Below, in pieces: positions 55,516-64,000 of a stretch of DNA of 64,000 bases. Position 1 is the first letter of the stretch. Each line of letters begins with the position of its first letter. Source of the stretch: an uncultured Flavobacteriaceae bacterium (GTDB taxonomy: Bacteria > Pseudomonadota > Alphaproteobacteria > Micropepsales > Micropepsaceae); the NCBI GenBank assembly GCA_964547645.1, contig CAZJOM010000013.1, positions 1,982 to 65,981 of the forward strand, given 5' to 3'. The notes under the pieces are model-generated. The model did no database searches and was not told where the DNA came from. It saw only the letters and a program-made list of their open reading frames with translations. Both the position numbers and the translations under genes were made by a program.

Positions 55516-56328
55516 ATGGGTAACACGTTCGAAGGCGACCATCCTGCGATGGCCTCACAAAATGGACATGACGGACAGTACGGACGGCCACGCTTGGTGG
55601 CCGAGCAAACCGGCTTGGTCGTCGTTCAAGTGGGTAAGAGTTTTCGCCGCCGTCCGGTCGTGCGCGGCGTGTCACTGCAAGTTCGGCGCGGCGAGGCCGT
55701 TGGCCTCTTAGGTCCGAACGGCGCCGGTAAGACGACGTGCTTCTATATGATCACAGGGTTGATCCCGGTCGACACCGGTTCGATCTTCCTGGACGGACAC
55801 GACATTACGGCGCTGCCGATGTACCGCCGCGCGCGGCTTGGCATCGGCTATCTGCCGCAAGAGGCCTCGATTTTTCGCGGGCTGACGGTGGAGCAGAACA
55901 TTTCGGCGGTGGCCGAACTGGTCGAGCGCGACGCGCAGAAGCGGCGTCAGCTGGTCGACGACCTGCTGGCGGAGTTTGCGATCGAGCATTTGCGGCGCGC
56001 GCCCGCCCTAGCACTATCTGGCGGCGAGCGGCGGCGCGTTGAAATTGCTCGCGCGCTCGCAACCCAGCCGTCGTTCATGCTGCTGGACGAGCCGTTCGCC
56101 GGTATCGATCCGATCGCGATCGGCGAAATCCGCAAGCTCGTGCATCACTTGAAGGAGCGCGGCATCGGGGTGCTCATCACCGATCACAACGTTCGCGAGA
56201 CGTTGGACATTATCGACCGCGCCTACATCATTCACGACGGCGAAGTGATGACCGAAGGGACGCCGGACGACGTGGTTGCGAACCGCGACGTGCGCCGCGT
56301 CTATCTCGGCGAAAAGTTCTCGTTGTAG
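55516..56328 (+). CDS. lptB: LPS export ABC transporter ATP-binding protein
   Basis: Walker A GPNGAGKTT, signature LSGGERRRVEIARAL, Walker B FMLLDEPFAGIDP. Start is uncertain; there are internal ATGs within the first 12 codons. Confidence 0.93.
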   Translation: MGNTFEGDHPAMASQNGHDGQYGRPRLVAEQTGLVVVQVGKSFRRRPVVRGVSLQVRRGEAVGLLGPNGAGKTTCFYMITGLIPVDTGSIFLDGHDITALPMYRRARLGIGYLPQEASIFRGLTVEQNISAVAELVERDAQKRRQLVDDLLAEFAIEHLRRAPALALSGGERRRVEIARALATQPSFMLLDEPFAGIDPIAIGEIRKLVHHLKERGIGVLITDHNVRETLDIIDRAYIIHDGEVMTEGTPDDVVANRDVRRVYLGEKFSL

Positions 56329-56340
56329 GGCGCGCGCGGC

Positions 56341-57876
56341 ATGGCTCTGACCCAAAGATTGGAGCTGCGCCAGGGACAAGCCCTGGTTATGACGCCGCAA
56401 TTGCAGCAGGCGATCAAGCTGCTGCAGATGTCCAATTTGGAAGTTCAGGCCTTCGTCGAGCAAGAGCTTGAGCGCAACCCGCTGCTGGAGCGCGATGAAG
56501 GTGCGGCACCTTCGCGCGAAGAGCAGGCGGAAGCGCCGGCCGCGGCTGCGGTCGAGGGTGCGCCGTTGACCTTGAGCGAGAGTGCGCCGCCGTCCGACGC
56601 AGCCCGCGATCTCGATACGGACTACGACAACGTCTATTCGGAAGATTCCGCCTGTGATCGTGCCGAAGCCCCGCCAGGCGGCGAAAGCGCGCCGTCTTCG
56701 TTTGCCGAGGTGCGCGGAGCGCGGATGGATTCAGACGACGCGATGTCGTTGGAGTCGACGCTGACGCGCGGCGCGAACTTGCATGAGCACCTGGCGGCGC
56801 AGTTGACCGTTGCCTGCACGGACGCGCGCGACCGGTTGATCGGTGCCTATCTGATCGACGCGATCGACGAGTCGGGTTATCTCACCGTCGAAATCACAGC
56901 GGCGGCGCAGCATTTGGCGGTGCCGGTTTCCGTCGTCGAGAACGTGCTGAAGACCATTCAAACCTTTGACCCGACGGGCGTGGGCGCGCGGACGCTCGGC
57001 GAATGTCTGGCGTTGCAGTTGAAGGAGCGCAACCGGCTTGATCCGGCGATGCAGGCGCTGCTGGACAATTTGCAACTGCTGGCCAAGCGCGACGTGCAAG
57101 CGCTGATGCGGGTGACGCAAGTCACGAGCGAAGATCTGGGCGACATGATCCAAGAGATCAAGGCGCTCAATCCGAAGCCCGGTCTGAAATTCGGCTGCGA
57201 GCCGGTGCAGCCGGTCGTGCCGGACGTGTATGTGCGCGAGAACCGTCAGGGCGGGTTTCAGGTCGAACTCAACAGCGACACCCTGCCCCGGGTTCTGGTC
57301 AACTCGCGCTACTACGCGACGACGTCGGCGAAAGACAAAGAGGCGAAGACCTATCTCACCGATTGCCTGAACAACGCGAATTGGTTGGTGCGCAGCCTCG
57401 ACCAACGCGCGCGGACGATCTTGAAAGTCGCGACGGAAATCGTACGCCAACAGGACGGCTTCTTCGTCAGCGGCGTCACGCATTTGCGTCCGCTCAATCT
57501 GCGCGTGATCGCCGAGGCGATCGGTATGCATGAATCGACCGTCAGTCGCGTCACGGCCAACAAGTTCATGGCGACGCCGCGCGGCACGTATGAGCTGAAA
57601 TACTTTTTCACGTCGGCCATTCAATCGGCGGAAGTTGGCGGCGAAGCCCATTCGGCGGAAGCGGTGCGTCATCACATTCGTGATCTGATCGACAACGAAG
57701 CGCCAGCTGCTATTCTGTCCGACGACCGCATCGTCGATATCCTGCGGAAAACGGGTATCGACATCGCACGGCGAACGGTTGCTAAATATCGTGAAGCGAT
57801 GCGCATTCCCTCATCGGTGGAACGGCGGCGCTTGAAGCAAGGGATGAATTTGACGGACGGTGTCCCCGCCCCCTGA
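56341..57876 (+). CDS. rpoN: RNA polymerase sigma-54 factor
   Basis: 511 aa. N-terminal LELRQGQALVMTPQLQQAIKLLQMSNLEL, HTH, and C-terminal RpoN box ARRTVAKYREAM. Confidence 0.97.
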   Translation: MALTQRLELRQGQALVMTPQLQQAIKLLQMSNLEVQAFVEQELERNPLLERDEGAAPSREEQAEAPAAAAVEGAPLTLSESAPPSDAARDLDTDYDNVYSEDSACDRAEAPPGGESAPSSFAEVRGARMDSDDAMSLESTLTRGANLHEHLAAQLTVACTDARDRLIGAYLIDAIDESGYLTVEITAAAQHLAVPVSVVENVLKTIQTFDPTGVGARTLGECLALQLKERNRLDPAMQALLDNLQLLAKRDVQALMRVTQVTSEDLGDMIQEIKALNPKPGLKFGCEPVQPVVPDVYVRENRQGGFQVELNSDTLPRVLVNSRYYATTSAKDKEAKTYLTDCLNNANWLVRSLDQRARTILKVATEIVRQQDGFFVSGVTHLRPLNLRVIAEAIGMHESTVSRVTANKFMATPRGTYELKYFFTSAIQSAEVGGEAHSAEAVRHHIRDLIDNEAPAAILSDDRIVDILRKTGIDIARRTVAKYREAMRIPSSVERRRLKQGMNLTDGVPAP

Positions 57877-58004
57877 CCCGCCGTTTGACAGGGCGGTTGG
57901 GCACGGCTAAACGTCCGCCGCCTTTCGCGGGGCTTCTTGCCGGATTCGCAAGTGCAAACTCCGGCGCAAGCATGGCATTCACTCGTTTCAGGACGCGAAG
58001 AGCA

Positions 58005-58589
58005 ATGCATCTCACCATTACCGGCAAGCAAATCGACATCGGCAGCGCGCTTCGGACCCATGTCCAAGACCGCGTAACGCTATCCGTCGGAAAATACTTC
58101 GACCGGCCCGTCGACGGCTCGGTCACATTTTCGCGCGACGGGCACGAGTATCGGGCGGACTGCACGGTGCATCTGGCGTCGGGTCTGCATCTGCAGGCCC
58201 AAGGCCGTTCGACTGACATCTATGCGAGCTTTGACGGCGCGATCGAACGGATGGAAAAGCGTCTGCGCCGTTACAAGCGCCGGATCCGCGATCACCACAA
58301 CGGTGCACGCGCCAACATCGACTTCAGCCCCGCGCGCGAGCACATCATTGCGTCGGATGTCGACGAGTCGGGCGCGGAGCCGGAGACGCTGGCGCCCGTC
58401 GTGGTGTCGGAAAGCACGACGCAGCTTCGCACGCTGACCGTGGGTGAGGCTGTGATGCAGCTCGATCTCGGGGAGACGCCCGCGCTCGTGTTCCGCAACA
58501 GCGCGCATGGCGAGATCAACGTCGTCTACCGGCGCGCCGACGGCAACATCGGCTGGATCGACGCGTCCGCGGACAGGGCAAAGCGTTAA
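58005..58589 (+). CDS. hpf: Ribosome hibernation promoting factor, long form
   Basis: ATG 58005 (MHLTITGKQIDIGSALRTHV) within track ORF 57885..58589. C-terminal dimerisation-type domain (VVSESTTQLRTLTVGEAVMQLDL...). Confidence 0.9.
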   Translation: MHLTITGKQIDIGSALRTHVQDRVTLSVGKYFDRPVDGSVTFSRDGHEYRADCTVHLASGLHLQAQGRSTDIYASFDGAIERMEKRLRRYKRRIRDHHNGARANIDFSPAREHIIASDVDESGAEPETLAPVVVSESTTQLRTLTVGEAVMQLDLGETPALVFRNSAHGEINVVYRRADGNIGWIDASADRAKR

Positions 58590-58592
58590 GCG

Positions 58593-59060
58593 ATGAATAT
58601 CGCCGACATCCTATCGCCGCAGGCGGTGTTCCACCGGCTGAAAGCGTCGTCCAAGAAGAAGCTCATCTCCGAGCTTGCGGGCCATGCTGCGGCGGTCGCA
58701 GGCCTCGACCCGACAAGAGTGTTCGAAACGCTGTGGGAGCGCGAGAAGCTTGGCAGTACCGGGGTCGGACACGGAATCGCTATCCCGCACGGGCGGATCG
58801 CGAAGCTTGAAAAGATCGTCGGCGCTTTTGCGCATTTGGAAGAGGCGGTTGACTTCGAATCGATCGACGAAGCGCCGGTTGACTTGGTCTTTGTGTTGCT
58901 GACTCCCGTCGAAGCGGGCGCCGACCACCTCAAGGCGCTGGCGCGAGTTTCGCGGCTGATGCGCAACACGTCCGTGTGCGAGAAGCTGCGTGCCGCCAGC
59001 GACCAGGCGCAGATCTATGCCCTGCTGACGGAGCCGACCGCCGGGGCGCACGCCGCCTAA
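58593..59060 (+). CDS. ptsN: PTS IIA-like nitrogen regulatory protein
   Basis: 155 aa. GSTGVGHGIAIPHGR (phospho-His context). Position after rpoN-hpf. Confidence 0.9.
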   Translation: MNIADILSPQAVFHRLKASSKKKLISELAGHAAAVAGLDPTRVFETLWEREKLGSTGVGHGIAIPHGRIAKLEKIVGAFAHLEEAVDFESIDEAPVDLVFVLLTPVEAGADHLKALARVSRLMRNTSVCEKLRAASDQAQIYALLTEPTAGAHAA

Positions 59061-59085
59061 GCGACCTTCGGCGTCAATGGACGCA

Positions 59086-59349
59086 TTAGTGGACGCTCAC
59101 AGGTTCCAACTCATGCTGGCGTGCGGCGACGAAGGCCATGTCGCGGTTGTCGACAATGGCAACGCGGCGCCCGTCGGCGGCGTGCAGGGCGAAGAACTTC
59201 TGTTGTGGCAGCACCGGTGCGTCGACCGGCAACACGCCTGCGCCTTTCAACTCCTCGGCGCGAACTTCGCGGACATAGACCGTGTTCGGGCCAACGATGC
59301 GCGCGACTTCTTCGGCGCTGAATTCATGATGCGATTTGGTCGTCAACAT
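59086..59349 (-). CDS. DUF1150 family protein
   Basis: 87 aa. VYVREVRAEEL...FALHAADGRRVAIVDNRDMAFVAARQHELEPVSVH. Sits downstream of hsp20, as is usual in alphaproteobacteria. Confidence 0.75.
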   Translation of the reverse strand: MLTTKSHHEFSAEEVARIVGPNTVYVREVRAEELKGAGVLPVDAPVLPQQKFFALHAADGRRVAIVDNRDMAFVAARQHELEPVSVH

Positions 59350-59460
59350 ATTCGTACTCCTTCAAGCCGTCGCTTCAGCCCCTTTGTCGGCAACTGATGT
59401 AGCGACCCTTCATGGCGAATATGTGGGTATTAACTACACCTCTTTGAATAGGGGCGGATC

Positions 59461-59874
59461 TCACCCCAATGTGATGGGAATCTGACGAATTTTGGGGGTT
59501 TGGCGGCGGCGTCTCAATTCGATGCGCAACAGGCCATTACTGAGGATCGCGCCTTCGATTTCGAGGCCCTCGGCCAGAATGAAGCTGCGTTGGAAGCCGC
59601 GGGCGGCGATTCCTTTATGCAGGAATACGCGGCCGTCTTGCGGTTGCGGACGCTCGCCACGCACGGTGAGTTCGCGGTCGGTGAGGGTCACCGAAAGGTT
59701 TTCGGGGGCGAAACCGGCGACGGCCAACGTAATTCGCAGGCGATCTTCCGCGGGCTCCTCGATGTTGAGTGGCGGGTAGGCGTCTCCTGTGCCCTTGGAA
59801 AGGCGTTCGAGGAGGCGTTCGACCTCATCGAAGCCGAGGCAATATGGGTTGCCAAAAGGACCGGGTCGCGACAT
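59461..59874 (-). CDS. Hsp20/alpha-crystallin family small heat-shock protein (IbpA-like)
   Basis: 137 aa. YPPLNIEEPAEDRLRITLAVAGFAPENLSVTLTDRELTVRG...GIAARGFQRSFILAEGLEIEGAILSNGLLRIEL. Confidence 0.9.
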   Translation of the reverse strand: MSRPGPFGNPYCLGFDEVERLLERLSKGTGDAYPPLNIEEPAEDRLRITLAVAGFAPENLSVTLTDRELTVRGERPQPQDGRVFLHKGIAARGFQRSFILAEGLEIEGAILSNGLLRIELRRRRQTPKIRQIPITLG

Positions 59875-59992
59875 CGCATTCGCCCCACGCTATACAGCGC
59901 GAAAGGACCATCCCTCCCCGCCTTCGCCTAGTGCCCTTGGATTTGGGCGGGGCGGCGGCAGGTGTCAAGCACAGTTGCCTCCCGCCCGCCCG

Positions 59993-61852
59993 ATGAGCCA
60001 TCCGGACACTGAGCCCTTTGCCCTGTTCGACGACGCGACCTGGCCCGATCGGCCGGCCTTTTTGGCGCGTGAGTCAGAGCGCTTGATCGAGGCGCGGACA
60101 GCCGACGAGGTGGGGCCGGCGTTGGCGGCGCTTGAGGCCGGTGTCGGGCGCGGGCTGATCGCGGCGGGCTATTGCGCTTATGAGCTGGGGCATGTTTTCG
60201 AGCCGCGGTTGCGCCCCCTGATGCCGGCGACGGGGCGGCCGCTGTTGCGGTTTCATTTGTTTGCCGACGGGCAGCGCTTGAGTTCGGAGGCGCGGGAGCG
60301 GTGGCTGGCGGAGCGGACGCGGGGGGCGCCTGTTGCCGGTGCGTTCGACGCGGCGGCTTCTGCGGCGGCGCATGGCGCCAGGGTCGAGCGGGTGCGGCAG
60401 CTGATCGGCGACGGCGACGTCTATCAGGTGAACCTAACGTTTAAGCTGCGCGCCGCGGCGGGCGATCCTTTTGCCACCTATGCCGCGCTCAGAGCGAAGG
60501 CGCGGTCGGGGGCGTGCTCGTTCCTGCGCTTTGGCGATGAGGACGTGTTGTCCTTTTCGCCGGAATTGTTCTTCGCGGTGCGTGGCGGGCGCATCTTTGC
60601 GCGCCCAATGAAGGGCACGGTTGGTCGCGAGCCCGATGTTGCGAGCGATGAGATGCGGCGCGCGGATCTGGTCTCCGACGAGAAGCAGCGGGCGGAGAAC
60701 TTGATGATCGTCGACCTGCTGCGCAACGATCTCGCGCGAGTTTCTGTGCCTGGAAGTGTCACGGTCACGGACTTGTTCAGCGTCGAGACCTATCCGCGGT
60801 TTCACACCATGACGTCCGGAATCGAGGCGACTTTGCAGCCGGGCGTTTCGTTCGCGCGGATTCTGCCGGCTTTGCTTCCGTGCGGGTCGGTGACTGGCGC
60901 GCCGAAAATTCGCGCGATGGAGATTATTCGCGAACTGGAGGACGAGCCGCGCGGCGTCTATTGCGGCGCGGTCGGGTATCTCACGCGGGAGACGATGGCG
61001 TTCAACGTCGCGATCCGCACGCTGACGCTGCGCGAGGGCATGGCGGAGATGGGCGTGGGTGGTGGGATCGTCTGGGATTCCGAGCCTGCGGCCGAATACG
61101 CGGAGTGCTTGCTGAAGGCGCGGTTCTTGACCGAGGCGGACGCGCCGTTCCGGTTGATCGAGACGATGCGGTGGACGGCGGATCGAGAGTTTCATCTGAT
61201 CGAACGGCACTTGAAGCGGCTACGCGCGTCGAGCCGGTACTTTGGGTTTGTGTTTGACGAGGCTGTCATTCGGCGGGCGCTGCAGGCGGCGGTGGCGGGC
61301 CGTGAGGGTGTGCAGCGCGTGCGGCTGACGCTGGGGCCGCGCGGCGATACGCAGCTCGGGGCCATGCCGATCTCGTTGAACGACACGGTGTGGCGGTATG
61401 CGATGGCGCCGGTGCCGATGCAGAGCGGCGACTGGCGGGTGCACCATAAAACCACGCGGCGCGAGATCTACGATGACGCGCTGAAGGCGAGCGGGTGCGA
61501 TGAGGTGGTGTTCGTCAACGAGCGCGGCGAGGTGACCGAGGGGAGCCGCACGAACGTGTTCGTGGAGCGCGATGGGGTTTGGTTGACGCCGCCGCTGTCC
61601 AGCGGATTGCTTGACGGGTGCTTGCGGCGGGAGCTGATCGAGAACGGGCCGCAGCGGGTGAGGGAACAGGTGCTGCGGCCCGAAGACTTGGGCACGGGGA
61701 CAGTTTGGTTCGGCAACGCCTTGCGTGGTTTGATCCGTGGCGAAGCGGTCGCGCCCTCGCCTGGCGTTGCCGATTCAGTGGGCCTCGTGGAAGAGGCAGA
61801 TGTCGGGCGCCTTGGTCTCGCCGGCGCGGGCGGCCTGGGAGAGAAGGCCTGA
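59993..61852 (+). CDS. pabB: Fused aminodeoxychorismate synthase component I / aminodeoxychorismate lyase (PabB-PabC)
   Basis: ATG 59993 within track ORF 59789..61852. Chorismate-binding motifs SFSPELFF, RPMKGT, ENLMIVDLLRNDL, GSVTGAPK and GGGIVWDS, followed by a class IV aminotransferase-like PabC part (...HHKTTRR..., EGSRTNVFV). The last roughly 30 codons look like read-through tail. Confidence 0.85.
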   Translation: MSHPDTEPFALFDDATWPDRPAFLARESERLIEARTADEVGPALAALEAGVGRGLIAAGYCAYELGHVFEPRLRPLMPATGRPLLRFHLFADGQRLSSEARERWLAERTRGAPVAGAFDAAASAAAHGARVERVRQLIGDGDVYQVNLTFKLRAAAGDPFATYAALRAKARSGACSFLRFGDEDVLSFSPELFFAVRGGRIFARPMKGTVGREPDVASDEMRRADLVSDEKQRAENLMIVDLLRNDLARVSVPGSVTVTDLFSVETYPRFHTMTSGIEATLQPGVSFARILPALLPCGSVTGAPKIRAMEIIRELEDEPRGVYCGAVGYLTRETMAFNVAIRTLTLREGMAEMGVGGGIVWDSEPAAEYAECLLKARFLTEADAPFRLIETMRWTADREFHLIERHLKRLRASSRYFGFVFDEAVIRRALQAAVAGREGVQRVRLTLGPRGDTQLGAMPISLNDTVWRYAMAPVPMQSGDWRVHHKTTRREIYDDALKASGCDEVVFVNERGEVTEGSRTNVFVERDGVWLTPPLSSGLLDGCLRRELIENGPQRVREQVLRPEDLGTGTVWFGNALRGLIRGEAVAPSPGVADSVGLVEEADVGRLGLAGAGGLGEKA

Positions 61853-61921
61853 AACGTAGGCCAGCATAAGGGCGGCGATGACGGCGACGTAGGTCCAGTC
61901 TCTGATGGTGGGGGCGTTCAT
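61775..61921 (-). CDS. Candidate small single-TM protein (48 aa)
   Basis: Not in the track. GGAAAGGAGA lies 7 nt upstream of ATG 61921. MNAPTIRDWTYVAVIAALMLAYVSGLLSQAARAGETKAPDICLFHEAH. Overlaps the 3' tail of pabB-pabC antisense by 78 nt. Confidence 0.35.
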   Translation of the reverse strand: MNAPTIRDWTYVAVIAALMLAYVSGLLSQAARAGETKAPDICLFHEAH

Positions 61922-62070
61922 GGGCGATCTCCTTTCCTGACCTTGCTAAAGTGTCGGGGAACGGGCGCGAACGCCAATGCCGGTCGTCTACGTTCTCGAT
62001 GCGGGATAGCTATCGATTGCGGGTAGCGAGCCGATCCGGTAACCCTTTTCAACGTTCTTTTGAGGGCTCA

Positions 62071-62652
62071 ATGCTTCGTAGTTGGTACGACTGGGTGATC
62101 CGGATGTCGGAGCATCCGAAGTCTTTGTGGGTCCTGTTCGGCGTCTCGTTCGCGGAGAGTTCGTTCTTCCCGATTCCACCCGATGTGATGCTGGTGCCTA
62201 TGGTCTTGGCACAACGTCAGAGGGCGTGGCTGATTGCGGGCGTGTGTACGGTCGCGTCGGTCATCGGTGGGTTCTTCGGTTATGCGATCGGGTATTTTTT
62301 GTTCGAGACGATCGGTCAGTGGGTGATCGACCTCTACGGCTTGCAAGGCGGCTTTGCGCAGTTTCAAGAGCAGTTCAACAAGTGGGGGCTTTGGATCATC
62401 CTGATCAAGGGTCTGACACCGATACCCTATAAGCTCATTACGATTGCCAGTGGCGCGGCGCACTTCAACCTGGCGGTGTTTGCGGCGGCGTCCGTCGTCA
62501 CGCGCGGGTTGCGGTTCTATTTGGTCGCGGCGCTGCTCTATTTCTTCGGTGAGCCGATCCGCGGGTTTATCGAGAAGCACCTGACGCTGGTGACGACGGC
62601 AGCGGTGCTGCTCATCGTCACCGGCTTCGTGGTGGTTTCGTATCTACATTAG
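62071..62652 (+). CDS. DedA/YqaA-family membrane protein (SNARE-associated domain)
   Basis: ATG 62071 within track ORF 61951..62652. FGVSFAESSFFPIPPDVMLVPM is the characteristic YqaA/DedA motif. Confidence 0.8.
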   Translation: MLRSWYDWVIRMSEHPKSLWVLFGVSFAESSFFPIPPDVMLVPMVLAQRQRAWLIAGVCTVASVIGGFFGYAIGYFLFETIGQWVIDLYGLQGGFAQFQEQFNKWGLWIILIKGLTPIPYKLITIASGAAHFNLAVFAAASVVTRGLRFYLVAALLYFFGEPIRGFIEKHLTLVTTAAVLLIVTGFVVVSYLH

Positions 62653-63458
62653 ATCCGGATCACGCCCTCCAGATACGGCGCGACTTTGCCTTTGAGGAGG
62701 ACGCGTTCGCCCTGCTCTTCGCATTGGAGCGTGCCGCCGCGTTGGCTGACTTGGCGGGCGAGGAGTTTCGGTTTGCCGAGGCGTTTGGCCCAGAAGGGGA
62801 CTAGGGCGGCATGCGCTGATCCTGTCACCGAATCTTCATGCACGCCCTTGCCCGGCGCGAAGAAGCGTGAGACGAAGTCGAAGCCCATATCGCTGCCGGG
62901 GGCGGTGACGATCAGGCATTCTTCGTCGAACTCTTCGATGGTGTCGGCGACCGCGTCGGCGTCGATCTGAAGCACGTCTTCGGCGGTCTTGAAGACGGCG
63001 AACGCGTAGTTCGCGCGCAGGACTTCAACCGGGGAAACGTCGAGTGCTTCTTCCAACGCTTCGCGGAAGTCTTCGGCGTCGGGGTGGACGTCGGACTTGA
63101 AGGCGGGCAGCGCCATGGCGAGCAGGCCGGCGTCGGCGCGTTCGACGGTGAGGATGCCGCTCTTGGTGCTGAAGTCGACGCGGTTGAGGCCGGTTGCCAG
63201 GTGGTTGAAGATCACGTGGGCACTGGCCAGAGTGGCGTGACCGCAGAGCGGAACCTCGACCTCCGGCGTGAACCAGCGCAGGTCGTATTTGCCGGCGCTC
63301 GAGGGCACGACGAACGCGGTTTCGGCCAGGTTGTTCTCCGCCGCGATCGCTTGCATCAGATCGTCGGACAGCCATTGCGTCAGCGGAACGACGGCGGCGG
63401 GGTTGCCTTCGAACGGTTTGTCGGCGAAGGCATCGACTTGCCAGAGTTTCAGTTCCAT
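62649..63458 (-). CDS. PhzF-family isomerase
   Basis: 269 aa. VDAFADKPFEGNPAAVV, LAETAFV, RWFTPEVEVPLCGHATLA, EDSVTGSAH. Confidence 0.85.
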   Translation of the reverse strand: MELKLWQVDAFADKPFEGNPAAVVPLTQWLSDDLMQAIAAENNLAETAFVVPSSAGKYDLRWFTPEVEVPLCGHATLASAHVIFNHLATGLNRVDFSTKSGILTVERADAGLLAMALPAFKSDVHPDAEDFREALEEALDVSPVEVLRANYAFAVFKTAEDVLQIDADAVADTIEEFDEECLIVTAPGSDMGFDFVSRFFAPGKGVHEDSVTGSAHAALVPFWAKRLGKPKLLARQVSQRGGTLQCEEQGERVLLKGKVAPYLEGVIRI

Positions 63459-63460
63459 CG

Positions 63461-64000
63461 TCAGTCCTCCGTCATGGGGCGCACCGTGTGTGCGTGGTTC
63501 AGGGGGCCGTGGCCTTTGCCGAAGCCCGGCGCCGTCTCAAGCGCGCGGCGCACGTAGGCACGCGCGCGGGTGATCGAATCGACGGCGTTCATGCCCTGAG
63601 CGAATCCTGTTGCGATGGCGGATGCAAGCGTGCAGCCCGTGCCGTGCGTGTGGCGCGTTGCGACGCGCGGATTGCTCCACTCCTGCGTGCCGTCAGGACC
63701 GGCGTAGATGTCGACGATCTGATCGCCTGGCAGGTGGCCGCCCTTGAGCAATACCGCGCGGGGGCCGAGATCGAGCAAATGCTCGATCGCTTCGCGCATG
63801 GCTTCAGGCGTTGCGATCGCGCGGCCGGTGAGGGCCTCGGCTTCCGGCAGGTTGGGGGTGATCAACATTGCGCGCGGCAGGACGTGGCGCTTCAACGCGG
63901 CGACGGCACTACTTTCGAGCAACGCCGCGCCGCCTTTCGCGACCATTACTGGATCGACGATGAGGGGCGCACGTTCGTCCTTCAGCGCGGCCATCACCGT
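63461..64000 (-). CDS. thiD: Hydroxymethylpyrimidine/phosphomethylpyrimidine kinase, partial (N-terminus beyond the right edge)
   Basis: Frame is open to the window end. ...VDPVMVAKGG..., LITPNLPEAEAL, LLKGGHL, THGTGCTLASAIA. Confidence 0.9.
   Translation of the reverse strand, partial: TVMAALKDERAPLIVDPVMVAKGGAALLESSAVAALKRHVLPRAMLITPNLPEAEALTGRAIATPEAMREAIEHLLDLGPRAVLLKGGHLPGDQIVDIYAGPDGTQEWSNPRVATRHTHGTGCTLASAIATGFAQGMNAVDSITRARAYVRRALETAPGFGKGHGPLNHAHTVRPMTED

Noticed and set aside
59875-59940. ROSE-type RNA thermometer in the hsp20 5' leader
   Set aside because: The leader has small hairpins (for example CGCT-GTAT-AGCG). I could not find the characteristic U(U/C)GCU anti-SD pairing with the SD or the bulged-G hairpin, and the SD itself is weak (GGGG). 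Evidence is insufficient.
1-64000. Scan for CRISPR arrays, IS elements, prophage genes, toxin-antitoxin pairs and known defence-system signatures
   Set aside because: I saw no regularly spaced direct repeats, transposase, integrase or recombinase motifs, phage structural genes, or recognisable TA or defence gene pairs. Apart from the left edge, the window is dominated by housekeeping operons.

Overview
High-GC chromosomal segment (roughly low-to-mid 60s % by eye). Gene content and synteny look typical of Alphaproteobacteria, probably Hyphomicrobiales/Rhizobiales: maf-rng-yacG, infA, hisD-UPF0262-LMW phosphatase, DUF2948, murA, thrS/infC, gltD-gltB, kpsF-lptC-lptA-lptB-rpoN-hpf-ptsN and hsp20-DUF1150. 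I call about 70 protein genes and two tRNAs (Thr-GGU, Leu-CAG), plus a few intrinsic terminators and inverted repeats. I see no rRNA, CRISPR array, transposase, integrase or phage gene. Coding density is high, and many gene pairs overlap as ATGA/TTGA, which suggests translational coupling. Most of the window is ordinary housekeeping, and I do not see a convincing multi-gene novel system. The best leads are: (1) at the left edge, a compositionally atypical two-gene unit. An exported transglutaminase-like/TPR protein is translationally coupled to an ORF missing from the supplied track, in which a signal peptide runs straight into an RHS-core tip motif and an unknown C-terminal domain that leaves the window. 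(2) A peptidoglycan glycosyltransferase (MtgA) carrying an N-terminal cytoplasmic HMA-like domain with a degenerate metal site. (3) A secreted Gly/Tyr/Arg/His low-complexity protein. (4) A tandem pair of LuxR-type regulators with no synthase nearby. (5) A three-gene exported/membrane module that includes a beta/gamma-crystallin protein. Smaller observations are non-canonical start codons (infC AUC; a saccharopine-dehydrogenase-like gene with no canonical start ahead of its Rossmann motif), a heptad-structured inverted repeat in front of infA, and small ORFs absent from the track (yacG, two small membrane ORFs). All functional calls come from motif and family recognition by eye. No database search or structure prediction was run.
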